A stretch of 64,000 nucleotides of DNA. Origin: a phage. The stretch lies in sequence record PZ445435.1, one strand, 5' to 3'. The translations under genes and the position numbers were made by a program. How positions within the stretch are numbered: the stretch's first letter is position 1; each line of letters opens with the position of its first letter. Positions 43,084 through 52,669 of this stretch are shown here, piece by piece. The notes beneath the pieces are model-generated. The model made no database searches and was not told the DNA's origin. It saw only the letters and a list, made by a program, of their open reading frames with translations.

Positions 43084-44900
43084 TACTGGCTCATCCATTC
43101 TTTACGAAGGTCAGCATTATCTCCCATGAGCATTTCAAAAAGCTCTTTCCAGTTCTCAGGAAGTTTAACAACATCATATACTGGGTTTTGAATCATCTCA
43201 CGATATTCAGATTTTTCCAAAGAGCCAAGTCCCTTAATATAACGGATGCTATGTTTAGGTAGAGCATCTTTGGCACTCTCATATTCAGCGACTGTATAAA
43301 ACCATTCTTGTTTTTTACCGACCTGAGCGATGATTACAGGAGTTTTGACGAAGCGAATTCTTCCTTGTTCAAACAGTTCTGGCCAATTACTAAAAAATCC
43401 GAGCAGAGAAGGATAAATGCTTCCTAGACCATCGTGGTCAGCATCGGTCATAATAGCAATATTATGATAATTCAAGTTTTCAGCTTTTTCACCAAGAACT
43501 AATCCAGTGATTGCGCAAATATCAAATAGTTCTTTGTTTTTAAGCATATCAGCATATGACATACCCCAACTGTTGAGAACTTTACCACGCAATGGATAAC
43601 CACCATGAAGTTCTTTATCACGAACATCAATAAGATATCCGATAGCAGAATCACCCTCAGTCAAGAAAAGAGTAGTATCAGCATCTTTACCGCACAGATT
43701 AGCTTTAATATGTTTATGAACCTTTGCCTTAGAAGCCTTTTTAGCTGCTTTAGTTTCAGCTGCTTTTTCTGCTGCCAATTTACGAGCTAGTGCAGCTTCA
43801 ATAATTGGCATTAAAATTGCTTCATTATTTAAAATAGCGCGTGAAATCTTTTTAGCGTCAAGTTGAATATGACTACGGATTTCACCAAATGGAGAAGTCA
43901 AACGCTCTTTAGTTTGAGAATCAAATCGCATGTTTTTCATATCACGAAGAAACATAACGATAGTCAAACATTCTTTAACACGTGCTTTAGTTACATCAAT
44001 TTTGAATTTACGTTTGATTTGTGGAATAAGGTCTTCACAAATATCATCCATAACGCAGTCAATGTGATGGCCACCATTCTTAGTGTGAATGTTATTCACA
44101 TAAGTTAATTGACGAAAACCATCCGGTGAACGACCAACCGCAATAGAACAATTTTCTTGTTCTTGAACAATAGCATGTTCATCATACTGTCGTGCATATT
44201 TCTTAAAATTGCCCTGAACCTTTTTACCATTAAAGGTAAATTGAATATCAGGATAAACTACTGCAAGTGTCTGGAGACGATCCAGTGTAATGTCAAGATA
44301 AACTTGGGACAGCTCATTAGTTTCAAATGACATAAAATCTGGAATGAAAGTAACACGAGTTCCTTTCCATTTTCCAGGAATAGTTTCCCAGGATTTATTT
44401 TCCATGCCATTTGAACAACGAACTACAATATTATTTTGACCATCGCCAGTTTCACCGACAAACATCACAGAAAAAATGTTAGTTAAACTAGAACCAACAC
44501 CATTCATACCACCGGTGACACGTTCTTTATCATCACCAAAGTTACCACCCGCTTTTGGAATAGTCCAAGCAGCAACTGGACCAGGAATTTCTTCACCGGT
44601 AGGTGTTTTAACCATCGCTTGTGGAATACCACGACCGTTATCTTCAACTGTTACTTGATTGTTTTTGATAGTAACATTAATTTTATTTGCGAATTTAAAC
44701 TTAGTACGAATACCTTCATCTACTGAGTTATCGATAATTTCATCAATAAGCTTAACAAGACCAGGTACATACTGAACACTTTCCCATTTACCAAACAGAA
44801 AGCGCTCATGCATTTCATTAGCAGAAGAGCCAATATACATGCCGCTACGCTTTTTGATATGTTCAATATCGCTCAGAATTTTAATTTCATTCTTAATCAT
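43083..44900 (-). CDS. 39: DNA topoisomerase II large subunit gp39, uninterrupted (T4 39 and 60 equivalents fused)
   Basis: 605 aa continuous ORF; C-terminal 90 aa correspond to what T4 encodes separately in gene 60. Confidence 0.9.
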   Translation of the reverse strand: MIKNEIKILSDIEHIKKRSGMYIGSSANEMHERFLFGKWESVQYVPGLVKLIDEIIDNSVDEGIRTKFKFANKINVTIKNNQVTVEDNGRGIPQAMVKTPTGEEIPGPVAAWTIPKAGGNFGDDKERVTGGMNGVGSSLTNIFSVMFVGETGDGQNNIVVRCSNGMENKSWETIPGKWKGTRVTFIPDFMSFETNELSQVYLDITLDRLQTLAVVYPDIQFTFNGKKVQGNFKKYARQYDEHAIVQEQENCSIAVGRSPDGFRQLTYVNNIHTKNGGHHIDCVMDDICEDLIPQIKRKFKIDVTKARVKECLTIVMFLRDMKNMRFDSQTKERLTSPFGEIRSHIQLDAKKISRAILNNEAILMPIIEAALARKLAAEKAAETKAAKKASKAKVHKHIKANLCGKDADTTLFLTEGDSAIGYLIDVRDKELHGGYPLRGKVLNSWGMSYADMLKNKELFDICAITGLVLGEKAENLNYHNIAIMTDADHDGLGSIYPSLLGFFSNWPELFEQGRIRFVKTPVIIAQVGKKQEWFYTVAEYESAKDALPKHSIRYIKGLGSLEKSEYREMIQNPVYDVVKLPENWKELFEMLMGDNADLRKEWMSQ

Positions 44901-44953
44901 CACTTATCCTCGTTTGGTTTCGGGAATATTATACTCCGGTAATCATAAAGCTA

Positions 44954-44970
44954 AAGGCCCGAAGGCCTTT
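44954..44970 (-). terminator. hairpin AAGGCC-UUCG-GGCCUU downstream of lipoprotein gene
   Basis: Perfect stem; weak U-tract. Confidence 0.4.
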
Positions 44971-45239
44971 TATTTAAAACGAATAGTTGAATCCTTAAAG
45001 AACAGCCCAGAACATACTGTTCCTTCTACTTTCTGCCCAGTAGGTCCAACAGCACGAAATCCAGTATGTTGGAAATCATTTTCAGAGCAACCGAACCAGT
45101 TATATCCAGTGATTTCAATATTCGTAAAACCACTTGATGATAAAATTTTAGTTGCATTATCAGCATCAGTGCATCCTACTAAAGATACTGCTAATACTAA
45201 TGCTGCGATAGAACGATTAACATATTTCATAATTTTCAC
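44970..45239 (-). CDS. putative lipoprotein (89 aa)
   Basis: Signal peptide with LVGCT lipobox. Confidence 0.5.
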   Translation of the reverse strand: MKIMKYVNRSIAALVLAVSLVGCTDADNATKILSSSGFTNIEITGYNWFGCSENDFQHTGFRAVGPTGQKVEGTVCSGLFFKDSTIRFK

Positions 45240-45607
45240 TTAAATTTAATGGCTTGAAGGAGACTAATAATTCTTAAACGGCTTCTTTCATCTTTAACTG
45301 TAAAAGAAAGAGGGTCGCCAGATTTCATAGTAATAGTGCATTCAAAATCAAAATCTTCAGGAACTTCTTCGAAGAAGTCAAATTCTTCATCATAAATTAG
45401 AACATTACTCTGAAAACTGTGAAGAATTTTTCCATCATTTCCAGATGCTGTACTAATCATTGTAACATTATTACCTTTCATATCTTCAACGATAAATTCG
45501 CTTGTAGATATTACATTACTAATAGAACCATTCCTATAAATAGCAGAAAATAGATATTTCTTTTCTTCGCCTTCGCGAATACGATACTTCTTACCGATTT
45601 TAAACAT
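45236..45607 (-). CDS. hypothetical protein (123 aa)
   Basis: ORF track. Confidence 0.45.
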   Translation of the reverse strand: MFKIGKKYRIREGEEKKYLFSAIYRNGSISNVISTSEFIVEDMKGNNVTMISTASGNDGKILHSFQSNVLIYDEEFDFFEEVPEDFDFECTITMKSGDPLSFTVKDERSRLRIISLLQAIKFK

Positions 45608-45609
45608 AA

Positions 45610-45786
45610 TTACCCTTTAAGTAAGTCGTAAAAACCGCCATTCACATGCTTAGGAGCAGAAGGCCGACGAGTAGACAGACGATGACATTTAGGGCAAACA
45701 TCATTTTCTCGTTCAGAAATCTTTTTAATTTTTTCATATTCATGCCCGCAATCTTCGGATTGGCATTTATAATCATACATTGGCAT
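45610..45786 (-). CDS. zinc-ribbon protein (58 aa, CxxC...CxxC, not in track)
   Basis: Own translation MPMYDYKCQSEDCGHEY...CPKCH. Confidence 0.4.
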   Translation of the reverse strand: MPMYDYKCQSEDCGHEYEKIKKISERENDVCPKCHRLSTRRPSAPKHVNGGFYDLLKG

Positions 45787-45788
45787 AA

Positions 45789-46208
45789 TTATTCCTTAAA
45801 GTGTACTTTCAACATCTGATACAAGGACCATGCCTGTTCATTATTTTCAATAGTAACTTTCATGACAGGAAATTCTGTGAAATCTTCTATTTGTTCTTGC
45901 TCTTCCTGCTTTTGCTCTTCGGACGCTTGATATGGATTTCCAACTTCGTCAAAGAACTCTGCTTCATTCGTGGAGAGCCAGATAAAGTTTTCATCAAGGA
46001 TATCACCGCCTGTTGCGTATCCAACCGTGCCAGTAGATGTCACAATTTTAGTAGGACGACTGAGATGGTCAACATCTAAAATTTTAAAAGGTTCCATACC
46101 TAAACGTCGTGCGTAGATTCCGTTATCAATATGGTCTTTAATAAAAGCTTCTTGAGCTTGTTTATTTTTAAATTGATACCATTTATTAACTTCAAATCTA
46201 ATAGCCAT
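45789..46208 (-). CDS. hypothetical protein (139 aa)
   Basis: ORF track. Confidence 0.45.
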   Translation of the reverse strand: MAIRFEVNKWYQFKNKQAQEAFIKDHIDNGIYARRLGMEPFKILDVDHLSRPTKIVTSTGTVGYATGGDILDENFIWLSTNEAEFFDEVGNPYQASEEQKQEEQEQIEDFTEFPVMKVTIENNEQAWSLYQMLKVHFKE

Positions 46209-46423
46209 TAATAAATTTCCTTCCAGTAAGTTGTACCGTCTTCAGTGATTTCACGGAATACACCATAAATCGGTTGTTTATCACCAACCTTTTCATACAC
46301 ATAAACCGAAGTCAAGTGAGTAAACTTGATGGTGTGTTCCTTTTGAACTACTACCAAATCTGGATCGAATAATACATCTTCAAATTCGTCATTAGTGCAA
46401 TTCTGAACAATTTTACGTTTCAT
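46208..46423 (-). CDS. hypothetical protein (71 aa)
   Basis: ORF track. Confidence 0.4.
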   Translation of the reverse strand: MKRKIVQNCTNDEFEDVLFDPDLVVVQKEHTIKFTHLTSVYVYEKVGDKQPIYGVFREITEDGTTYWKEIY

Positions 46424-46436
46424 TACAATTTCCTCA

Positions 46437-46718
46437 TTAATTGAACAGTGGAGCGATGCGTTTCAGAAGAGTAGCAGCACCTTTAGCGAATTTTACATCA
46501 TGAAAAACAGTTTCTTCTTCCGTTACAACACGAGCTTTAATGTTTTCACAATCCCAATTTTTGCGAACAATCTTCAAAAGCTGCAGTAAATCTTTACATT
46601 CAGCAATATCGATAACACATCCACGAGAATCTTCCATTATCGCACGATAACCGTAAGCCATACCATAATCATTGAAAGATTGCTCGATGATAATTAAATT
46701 TTCCATTTTATTCTCCAA
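46437..46718 (-). CDS. hypothetical protein (93 aa)
   Basis: ORF track. Confidence 0.4.
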   Translation of the reverse strand: MENKMENLIIIEQSFNDYGMAYGYRAIMEDSRGCVIDIAECKDLLQLLKIVRKNWDCENIKARVVTEEETVFHDVKFAKGAATLLKRIAPLFN

Positions 46719-46803
46719 GTTGTTTTCTGTATCAGTAGTTGATATTGATATAGTACCATAATCAACTACTGATGTATATAGTTTTATGAAAAAATTTTAA
46801 ACT

Positions 46804-47295
46804 TTATGCATAGCGAGCTTTGCTATAGTGTTTAATCCAACTTTCAGGAATGACTTTGTATGTTCCTAAAAATACCGCGTTGTATAACTTAACGCCATCT
46901 TCTACCCATTGATCAGTAATGTATGCACACATAGCGCGAGTACGGTTAACAACACCTTCCTCACCTTCAGTAAATTCAAACTCATAAGGAGCAACGAACT
47001 TAATAGCCTGACCGAGTTTCCACTTAAAGTCTACACCTACATGCGAAGTATCAATCGTTTCAATTCCTTTAGCAGGAACAGCTTTCAAAAACGCAGATTC
47101 AAGAAATTTCGCACGAACATAGCCAAACTGAGGTTTAGACTTTCCATCTTTAGGAATGATACGCACTTTTACTTCAGAATCTTCATCTTTAACACCGTGT
47201 TTAAGCTGAATGCTTACAACTTCGACCAATTTTCCTGCCGCTTTAGAGCGGGATTTATCAGATACACGAGCTAATTCACCAATATTAATAATCAT
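46804..47295 (-). CDS. possible MotB-like protein (163 aa)
   Basis: Size and position between 39 and dexA. Confidence 0.4.
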   Translation of the reverse strand: MIINIGELARVSDKSRSKAAGKLVEVVSIQLKHGVKDEDSEVKVRIIPKDGKSKPQFGYVRAKFLESAFLKAVPAKGIETIDTSHVGVDFKWKLGQAIKFVAPYEFEFTEGEEGVVNRTRAMCAYITDQWVEDGVKLYNAVFLGTYKVIPESWIKHYSKARYA

Positions 47296-47339
47296 AGTTA
47301 TCTCTCACTTGTTAAAAAGATTTTATACTCCACGGGACC

Positions 47340-47369
47340 ATTATACTCTGGTCCCAAGAGTTTGTAAAC
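47340..47369 (-). promoter_or_regulatory. T4-type early promoter (GTTTACA, 18 nt, TATAAT)
   Basis: Consensus -10 embedded in inverted repeat GGGACCA...TGGTCCC. Confidence 0.6.
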
Positions 47370-47806
47370 TAGCTTACACGAACATTAATCACTGCGCTGC
47401 GAGGAACTACAGAGTACTCTCCAGCATGAACTACGTTCAGAAGTTCAACACCATCTTCAATCCACTGATCAGTCACCCATCCACCCACAGGATTCGCGAA
47501 TGGACGACGAATATAAACTGCCTTACACAGTAGATCAGTTGGATCTTCAGGTTTTTCAATTTCTGTCAATAGACTAAAATCTTTTTCATAAATAATAAGC
47601 GGTGATACCATTCCATAATAGTTTCTAATTTCAATATACATCATACCGATAAGAATTCCGCTATTAACACTAATAACAGTAAAAGGATATCCGCCAGTTA
47701 AACCAAGAAGTTCACAAAACTTATTATGAGCTGTATTAGACAGTACCGAAAAATTCTTAATTTCATCAAATTTTTTCAATTGATAAACAGCATTATTTTT
47801 AATCAT
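47369..47806 (-). CDS. hypothetical protein (145 aa), C-terminal domain paralogous to upstream 163-aa protein
   Basis: Shared motif TDQWxEDGVxLxNxV. Confidence 0.45.
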   Translation of the reverse strand: MIKNNAVYQLKKFDEIKNFSVLSNTAHNKFCELLGLTGGYPFTVISVNSGILIGMMYIEIRNYYGMVSPLIIYEKDFSLLTEIEKPEDPTDLLCKAVYIRRPFANPVGGWVTDQWIEDGVELLNVVHAGEYSVVPRSAVINVRVS

Positions 47807-47816
47807 AATTTTCTCT

Positions 47817-48320
47817 TTAATCTAAGGTAATAAAGCCTTTTAATTCGGCATGTGACTTGCGGAACATTACTTGATGCCCACCAATGATAACTTTATCTTC
47901 AGGTACTTCGTATACAGCGAGATAAAATCCTTTAGAAGCTAATTCTTCACGCTCTTCTCGTGTGAACCATCTCATCATATCATATTCACTAGCAAAAGCA
48001 AAATGATAAAGAGCTATAAACCATCCTGGAATATAGTGATCTACGCCTACATATTCTTCTTTCTCAAAATTAGTATTAATTGCTATATTAGCATTTTTAA
48101 CTAATAGTTTGTCTTCGTGCGGAAGAGGAATTCTTTTATTATCATTACTATGATGCATAAAATTAGGTCTGTCATAACCTACGTGTAATAACCACTCTTC
48201 GCTCCATGAATCCATTATACTCCTGTACGGCGTTATTTGAACACAAAGATCTCGACGTATTGTTATAGCATCTTCATAATTAAGAATACTAAATGATGAT
48301 TCAACACGATAAATTTTCAT
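47817..48320 (-). CDS. hypothetical protein (167 aa from internal ATG)
   Basis: GAGGA SD before internal ATG; track start would overlap the promoter. Confidence 0.45.
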   Translation of the reverse strand: MKIYRVESSFSILNYEDAITIRRDLCVQITPYRSIMDSWSEEWLLHVGYDRPNFMHHSNDNKRIPLPHEDKLLVKNANIAINTNFEKEEYVGVDHYIPGWFIALYHFAFASEYDMMRWFTREEREELASKGFYLAVYEVPEDKVIIGGHQVMFRKSHAELKGFITLD

Positions 48321-48347
48321 TTTATTATCCTCAGTAGCTATGGTGTT

Positions 48348-48377
48348 ATAATACCACAACTAACCGAGGAAGTAAAC
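48348..48377 (-). promoter_or_regulatory. T4-type early promoter
   Basis: GTTTAC ... GGTATTATAA. Confidence 0.5.
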
Positions 48378-48383
48378 AACTTT

Positions 48384-49067
48384 TTATCGTTTTGTTGGAA
48401 GAGATAGAGGATCGCACTCTTCCTCTGACGGAGCATCTTCAAGACCCATAGCATATCGCAAAGCATACTTCATCATCAGGATGTCTTTCGCACAATCATG
48501 AATAGAATCATGCGCAACGAATCCATCTAAAGTTCCCTTTGGAAGAGGACATGTAGTCATATCACGAACAAGCAGAAGTGCTTCAATTCTGGTACGAATA
48601 TCACGCTGATTCCAGAATTTACAAGGTTCTAACTTAAACGTATCAAGCTCATTCTCAGAAACGCCATTAAGACGTTGAATATCGCGAATGAGATCGACTA
48701 AAATTGGAAAATCAAACGACATTCCACGGCACCAACCTTGAGATTTCCAAGGATCGATATTATGTGCATTGATGTAATCGTTGAATTTTGCAATACCATC
48801 AATGGTGCTTACATCTTCATCGGATGGTGCAATATTTTTTCGAGCTTCAGGAGACTGATTTTTCCACCATTCGATAGTGCTTTTAGTAAAAAGACGATGT
48901 CCTTTTTGGCTTTTTAAATCAAATTTGATTTTAATGCCACGTGAAACTAATTCATCAAATGTTTCAACAACTTCTGGGTTAGGGTCAAAGGCAATAACAG
49001 CCAAATCAATAACCGCTGCTTTTTCACCGCTTCCCATTGTTTCAAAATCTATAATAAAATCAAACAT
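48384..49067 (-). CDS. dexA: exonuclease A (DEDD 3'-5' exonuclease)
   Basis: 227 aa; N-terminal FDFETMG exo motif. Confidence 0.8.
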   Translation of the reverse strand: MFDFIIDFETMGSGEKAAVIDLAVIAFDPNPEVVETFDELVSRGIKIKFDLKSQKGHRLFTKSTIEWWKNQSPEARKNIAPSDEDVSTIDGIAKFNDYINAHNIDPWKSQGWCRGMSFDFPILVDLIRDIQRLNGVSENELDTFKLEPCKFWNQRDIRTRIEALLLVRDMTTCPLPKGTLDGFVAHDSIHDCAKDILMMKYALRYAMGLEDAPSEEECDPLSLPTKR

Positions 49068-49309
49068 TAAATTTTCCTCGCTAAATCGCGAATTTGACCT
49101 ACAGTATAATCTTGGATATAAACTTTATTAATGGGCTCATCAATAAATTTTGCCATAGATTCAATATCTTTTTGTATCTCTTCAAGACTGTATACTATCT
49201 TTAAAGCTTTTTCGCGAATAGTAACATTATCAGGTCCTGGATTTTCCTCAATGACAGCTTTGACATTTGTCATAAGAGATTTAAACTGATGCAAACTTAA
49301 TTCAATCAT
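49067..49309 (-). CDS. hypothetical protein (80 aa)
   Basis: ORF track. Confidence 0.4.
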   Translation of the reverse strand: MIELSLHQFKSLMTNVKAVIEENPGPDNVTIREKALKIVYSLEEIQKDIESMAKFIDEPINKVYIQDYTVGQIRDLARKI

Positions 49310-49562
49310 TAATAATCGCCTTATAAAGATAGCTAATTTCGCCTAAAACATAATCATTAATTGTAACAGTTTTCACTTCACCGCAAAAGAATTCTAACGC
49401 AATTAAATCTCGTTCAATTTCTTCTAATTGAAGCATCAACTTACTAGATTCAATTTTTACAGTTTCACGATTTTTACCATGAGCAATTTCATAAATTTCG
49501 CTAACTTTATCCTGAAGAAGATAAAACTGATCTTTAGTTATTTCCACGAATAGCTTCCTCAA
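49302..49562 (-). CDS. hypothetical protein (86 aa), weak paralogue of preceding ORF
   Basis: Shared LEEIxxD...TIxDYxxGxI pattern. Confidence 0.4.
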   Translation of the reverse strand: MRKLFVEITKDQFYLLQDKVSEIYEIAHGKNRETVKIESSKLMLQLEEIERDLIALEFFCGEVKTVTINDYVLGEISYLYKAIIND

Positions 49563-49568
49563 ATTTAA

Positions 49569-50888
49569 TCATACGTAAAACACATCATAACGACCACGAG
49601 TGACACCAACATAAAGAAGCTGCTGAGCTAATTCAGCATCTGCATAATGAATACAAGGCGTATAGATGAAAGCACGGTCTACAGACATACCCTGCGCTTT
49701 ATGGAATGTTGATGCAGGAAGTGCTTTCACTTTACTAAACTGTGATTTAGCATCCCAAAAATCACTCCATGGAGCTTTTCCGCCTTTATTCCAATTTTTA
49801 TAAGTTTCTGCGGTTTTACCTAAAAATAGGTTAAACTTATATAGCTCTTCATCGGATGAAATTATTTTAATCTTTTCACGATAATATTCATCATCGCCAT
49901 AAGTTTCTACTGTTAAATCCCAATGACGAATTAGATATTCTCCAGGAACACCACGAGCTTTAACAAAGGTTGATGTATACTCTGCTTCTATAATACGAAC
50001 TAATTGTCCGTTATTAAAAATAATTTCTGACACAGGCTTTCCATCAATTTTATATGTTTTAATTAATGGTTCCTGCATTACAATAATTTCACCGACAATA
50101 AAATCTTTATCAGTTTCAAAAATCTTTTTACGAATAATGCTATTTAACTTGTCAACAGATTTATTCGTAAATGCCATTACGCGATTTTCAAACAAATCAT
50201 CTAGTGATTTGACGATTGAAAAATAATTTACCATAAAATCGCGTAAAGCGGTATCACCGGTAAATCCACGTACTCCATGACCGTCAACAACTTTATCATA
50301 AATCCACTTACCGTTACGAACGTCAGTAGCTACATCAATAATAGGAGCATTACTGCGTTTAACTTCAGTGAGTTCACACTGATAAAAATCTTTGTGTGTA
50401 AAGAATGGACTGATATAAGCAGTATTTTCTCCTGGGTCAACAGGTCTAATTTGCTTATTATCACCTATTCCAATTATAGTACACCAAGGTGGAATGGTTG
50501 AAAGCAGAATTTTAAATAGCTTTCTATCATACATTGACACTTCGTCGCAGATTAATACCCTGCATTTAGCTAAATCTGGTACTTCTTTTTGTTCAAAAAG
50601 AACGTTTTCTTCATATGTTACTGGGTTAATTTTGAGAATACTGTGAATAGTACTTGCTTCTTTCCCAGATAGTTTTGAAAGAATCTTTTTAGCTGCATGA
50701 GTAGGAGCTGCTAAAATAATACCAGTTTCACCTGTAGATATTAGGGCTTCAATAATGAACTTAGTAAGAGTAGTCTTACCAGTACCAGCAGGTCCATTAA
50801 TAGTTACATGGTGTTTCTTTTCTTTGATAGCCCTCATAACGATGTTAAAGGCATTTTTCTGGCCTTCGGTCAAATCATCAAATGTCAT
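49569..50888 (-). CDS. dda: DNA helicase Dda (SF1B)
   Basis: 439 aa; GPAGTGKTT Walker A. Confidence 0.9.
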   Translation of the reverse strand: MTFDDLTEGQKNAFNIVMRAIKEKKHHVTINGPAGTGKTTLTKFIIEALISTGETGIILAAPTHAAKKILSKLSGKEASTIHSILKINPVTYEENVLFEQKEVPDLAKCRVLICDEVSMYDRKLFKILLSTIPPWCTIIGIGDNKQIRPVDPGENTAYISPFFTHKDFYQCELTEVKRSNAPIIDVATDVRNGKWIYDKVVDGHGVRGFTGDTALRDFMVNYFSIVKSLDDLFENRVMAFTNKSVDKLNSIIRKKIFETDKDFIVGEIIVMQEPLIKTYKIDGKPVSEIIFNNGQLVRIIEAEYTSTFVKARGVPGEYLIRHWDLTVETYGDDEYYREKIKIISSDEELYKFNLFLGKTAETYKNWNKGGKAPWSDFWDAKSQFSKVKALPASTFHKAQGMSVDRAFIYTPCIHYADAELAQQLLYVGVTRGRYDVFYV

Positions 50889-51196
50889 CGTAAATTCCCT
50901 GCAATTGGTATACTAACAATACGCCCAGTATCTAAAATTCGCTGATATAATCTTTGCGTGTCTACGTCAGGCTTAACATGTTTAACTTCTATTTTATTAA
51001 ACCAAAACTTACGTGGAGTCTCAACTAATCTTGGAATTCCCTTACCTAAAGCTAGTCGATACTGCTCTTTAAGAGTAGTAAATACTTTATCAGCAATATT
51101 CCATTCAAAAAATACAGCAGGACGATGTTCATCAAGTGGAACTGGCGCTGTAAATCCGTCTTTGTCTCGGTAAACTATCGCATATACATAAACCAT
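50885..51196 (-). CDS. hypothetical protein (103 aa)
   Basis: ORF track. Confidence 0.45.
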   Translation of the reverse strand: MVYVYAIVYRDKDGFTAPVPLDEHRPAVFFEWNIADKVFTTLKEQYRLALGKGIPRLVETPRKFWFNKIEVKHVKPDVDTQRLYQRILDTGRIVSIPIAGNLR

Positions 51197-51197
51197 A

Positions 51198-51944
51198 TTA
51201 TCCTCGGATAAGTTTAAAAATTGAACAATTTAGCGGGTATCCTCTTTTCAGTTTAAGTTTATCAATAAAAGACAAATTTTGATACCGCTCTACACCTTGA
51301 ATAATTTTATCACACATATCATATTGCATTTCTGCTTCTGACAGCTTTTTCACAATTTTCCAATCCGAGCCTTTAAGAAGAACGTTCAGTTTAACAACTT
51401 CAGCGCCTTCTGCTATGCGAGAACCATCAATACGAGCTTTAAGTGCTATAATCCTTAGCTTAATGTCAGAGGTCTGTTTTGATTTAGAAAGCTGAGAAAT
51501 GTGTTCAATTCGATTTTCACGTTTTTTCTGTATAGCTTTAATTTGATTATAAGTCTTTTTGATTTTAGCCCATTTCTTTTCATCTAAATTTAGTTTATGA
51601 ACTTTTTTCGCAGATGAACGACCAATTCGCAAAGCAAATAAATCCCGTTTTTCAATCAACTCTTCTAAAGTATAATCAGAACGAAATGTATTATACTTTT
51701 TCTTTACTGCAATAACATTCCCTTTAATATATCCAATGTTATTATCAAAACGTTCTAATGATAATTTCTCTCCTTCAATACGATTATCAAAAGGTTCTCC
51801 CGAGTAAGCACAAACTTTTTGATCTAAAATGTTCTTAATGTAATTGAAGTCTAAGTTAAAATCTTTAGAACGTCTTTTAGCAGATGCCTGAGTGTGCTCT
51901 AAACGACGTTTAATTTTACGAATTTGATTATTAGACAGTTTCAT
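51198..51944 (-). CDS. basic protein (248 aa), possibly Srd, by synteny only
   Basis: Position between dda and modA. Confidence 0.4.
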   Translation of the reverse strand: MKLSNNQIRKIKRRLEHTQASAKRRSKDFNLDFNYIKNILDQKVCAYSGEPFDNRIEGEKLSLERFDNNIGYIKGNVIAVKKKYNTFRSDYTLEELIEKRDLFALRIGRSSAKKVHKLNLDEKKWAKIKKTYNQIKAIQKKRENRIEHISQLSKSKQTSDIKLRIIALKARIDGSRIAEGAEVVKLNVLLKGSDWKIVKKLSEAEMQYDMCDKIIQGVERYQNLSFIDKLKLKRGYPLNCSIFKLIRG

Positions 51945-51979
51945 ATTTTTCTCACATCTTACGGACGATTGACTACTAT

Positions 51980-52009
51980 ACTATAACATTTTTACTTCAG
52001 ATTGTAAAC
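51980..52009 (-). promoter_or_regulatory. T4-type early promoter (GTTTACA, TATAGT)
   Basis: Motif and spacing. Confidence 0.5.
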
Positions 52010-52066
52010 AACTTTATGCAAAAATGCTTTAAAACTTTCGTGGTATAATGAATCTAAGTCCTTCCA

Positions 52067-52669
52067 TTATAGATTAAATCCTTCAAAATCAAGAGTATAG
52101 ATAGTATATGTTGAATACTTTTTATACTCATATCTATCTGCAATTCTAAATACACTTCCAGCTGGTATCATTACTTCTTGTTCATCTGAAACTAATTCCA
52201 TATTACGATAACGATGGCTATCCGGAAACTTAAAGTTTGGATTGTATTCTTTACAGCGTAGAGCTTTTATGGCATACTCCTGGAAATTGAATACCATAGG
52301 AGCTTTGAATTCAAAAATAACCTGTGTGTTATACTCTAAACCGGAAGCAAAATGTAGAGCTATATTTTTATCATATGAAGCTGATACGACTTTATCAAAT
52401 GTAATAATATCAATTCCTTGATTTAACACCTGCTTAGTCTCAGCTGGAACACCTCTCCAAAGAGGTTTATCGTTTGGAACCAAACGAGATTTGATTATTT
52501 CATTTAACCAAGTATGGTCATCTGGTTTGTTGGTAATACAATGAATTAAAAGTTCAATTTCAGATAAATTAAACCCTTCAGAAAGTAATTCTTCACGAAT
52601 AGAAGCACGCACCGATGCATCCATTGATTTTATTTTAAAATCTTTTAGTTGCATTACTGAGTATTTCAT
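52067..52669 (-). CDS. modA: ADP-ribosyltransferase ModA
   Basis: 200 aa; paralogue pair with ModB. Confidence 0.75.
   Translation of the reverse strand: MKYSVMQLKDFKIKSMDASVRASIREELLSEGFNLSEIELLIHCITNKPDDHTWLNEIIKSRLVPNDKPLWRGVPAETKQVLNQGIDIITFDKVVSASYDKNIALHFASGLEYNTQVIFEFKAPMVFNFQEYAIKALRCKEYNPNFKFPDSHRYRNMELVSDEQEVMIPAGSVFRIADRYEYKKYSTYTIYTLDFEGFNL

Noticed and set aside
43083-44903. Gene 60-type translational bypass element
   Set aside because: The ORF is continuous through the region corresponding to the T4 39/60 junction; no in-frame stop or 50-nt gap.
44839-45243. 134-aa plus-strand ORF
   Set aside because: Lies antisense to the minus-strand lipoprotein gene and gene 39 start in an entirely minus-strand block; no SD; likely spurious.
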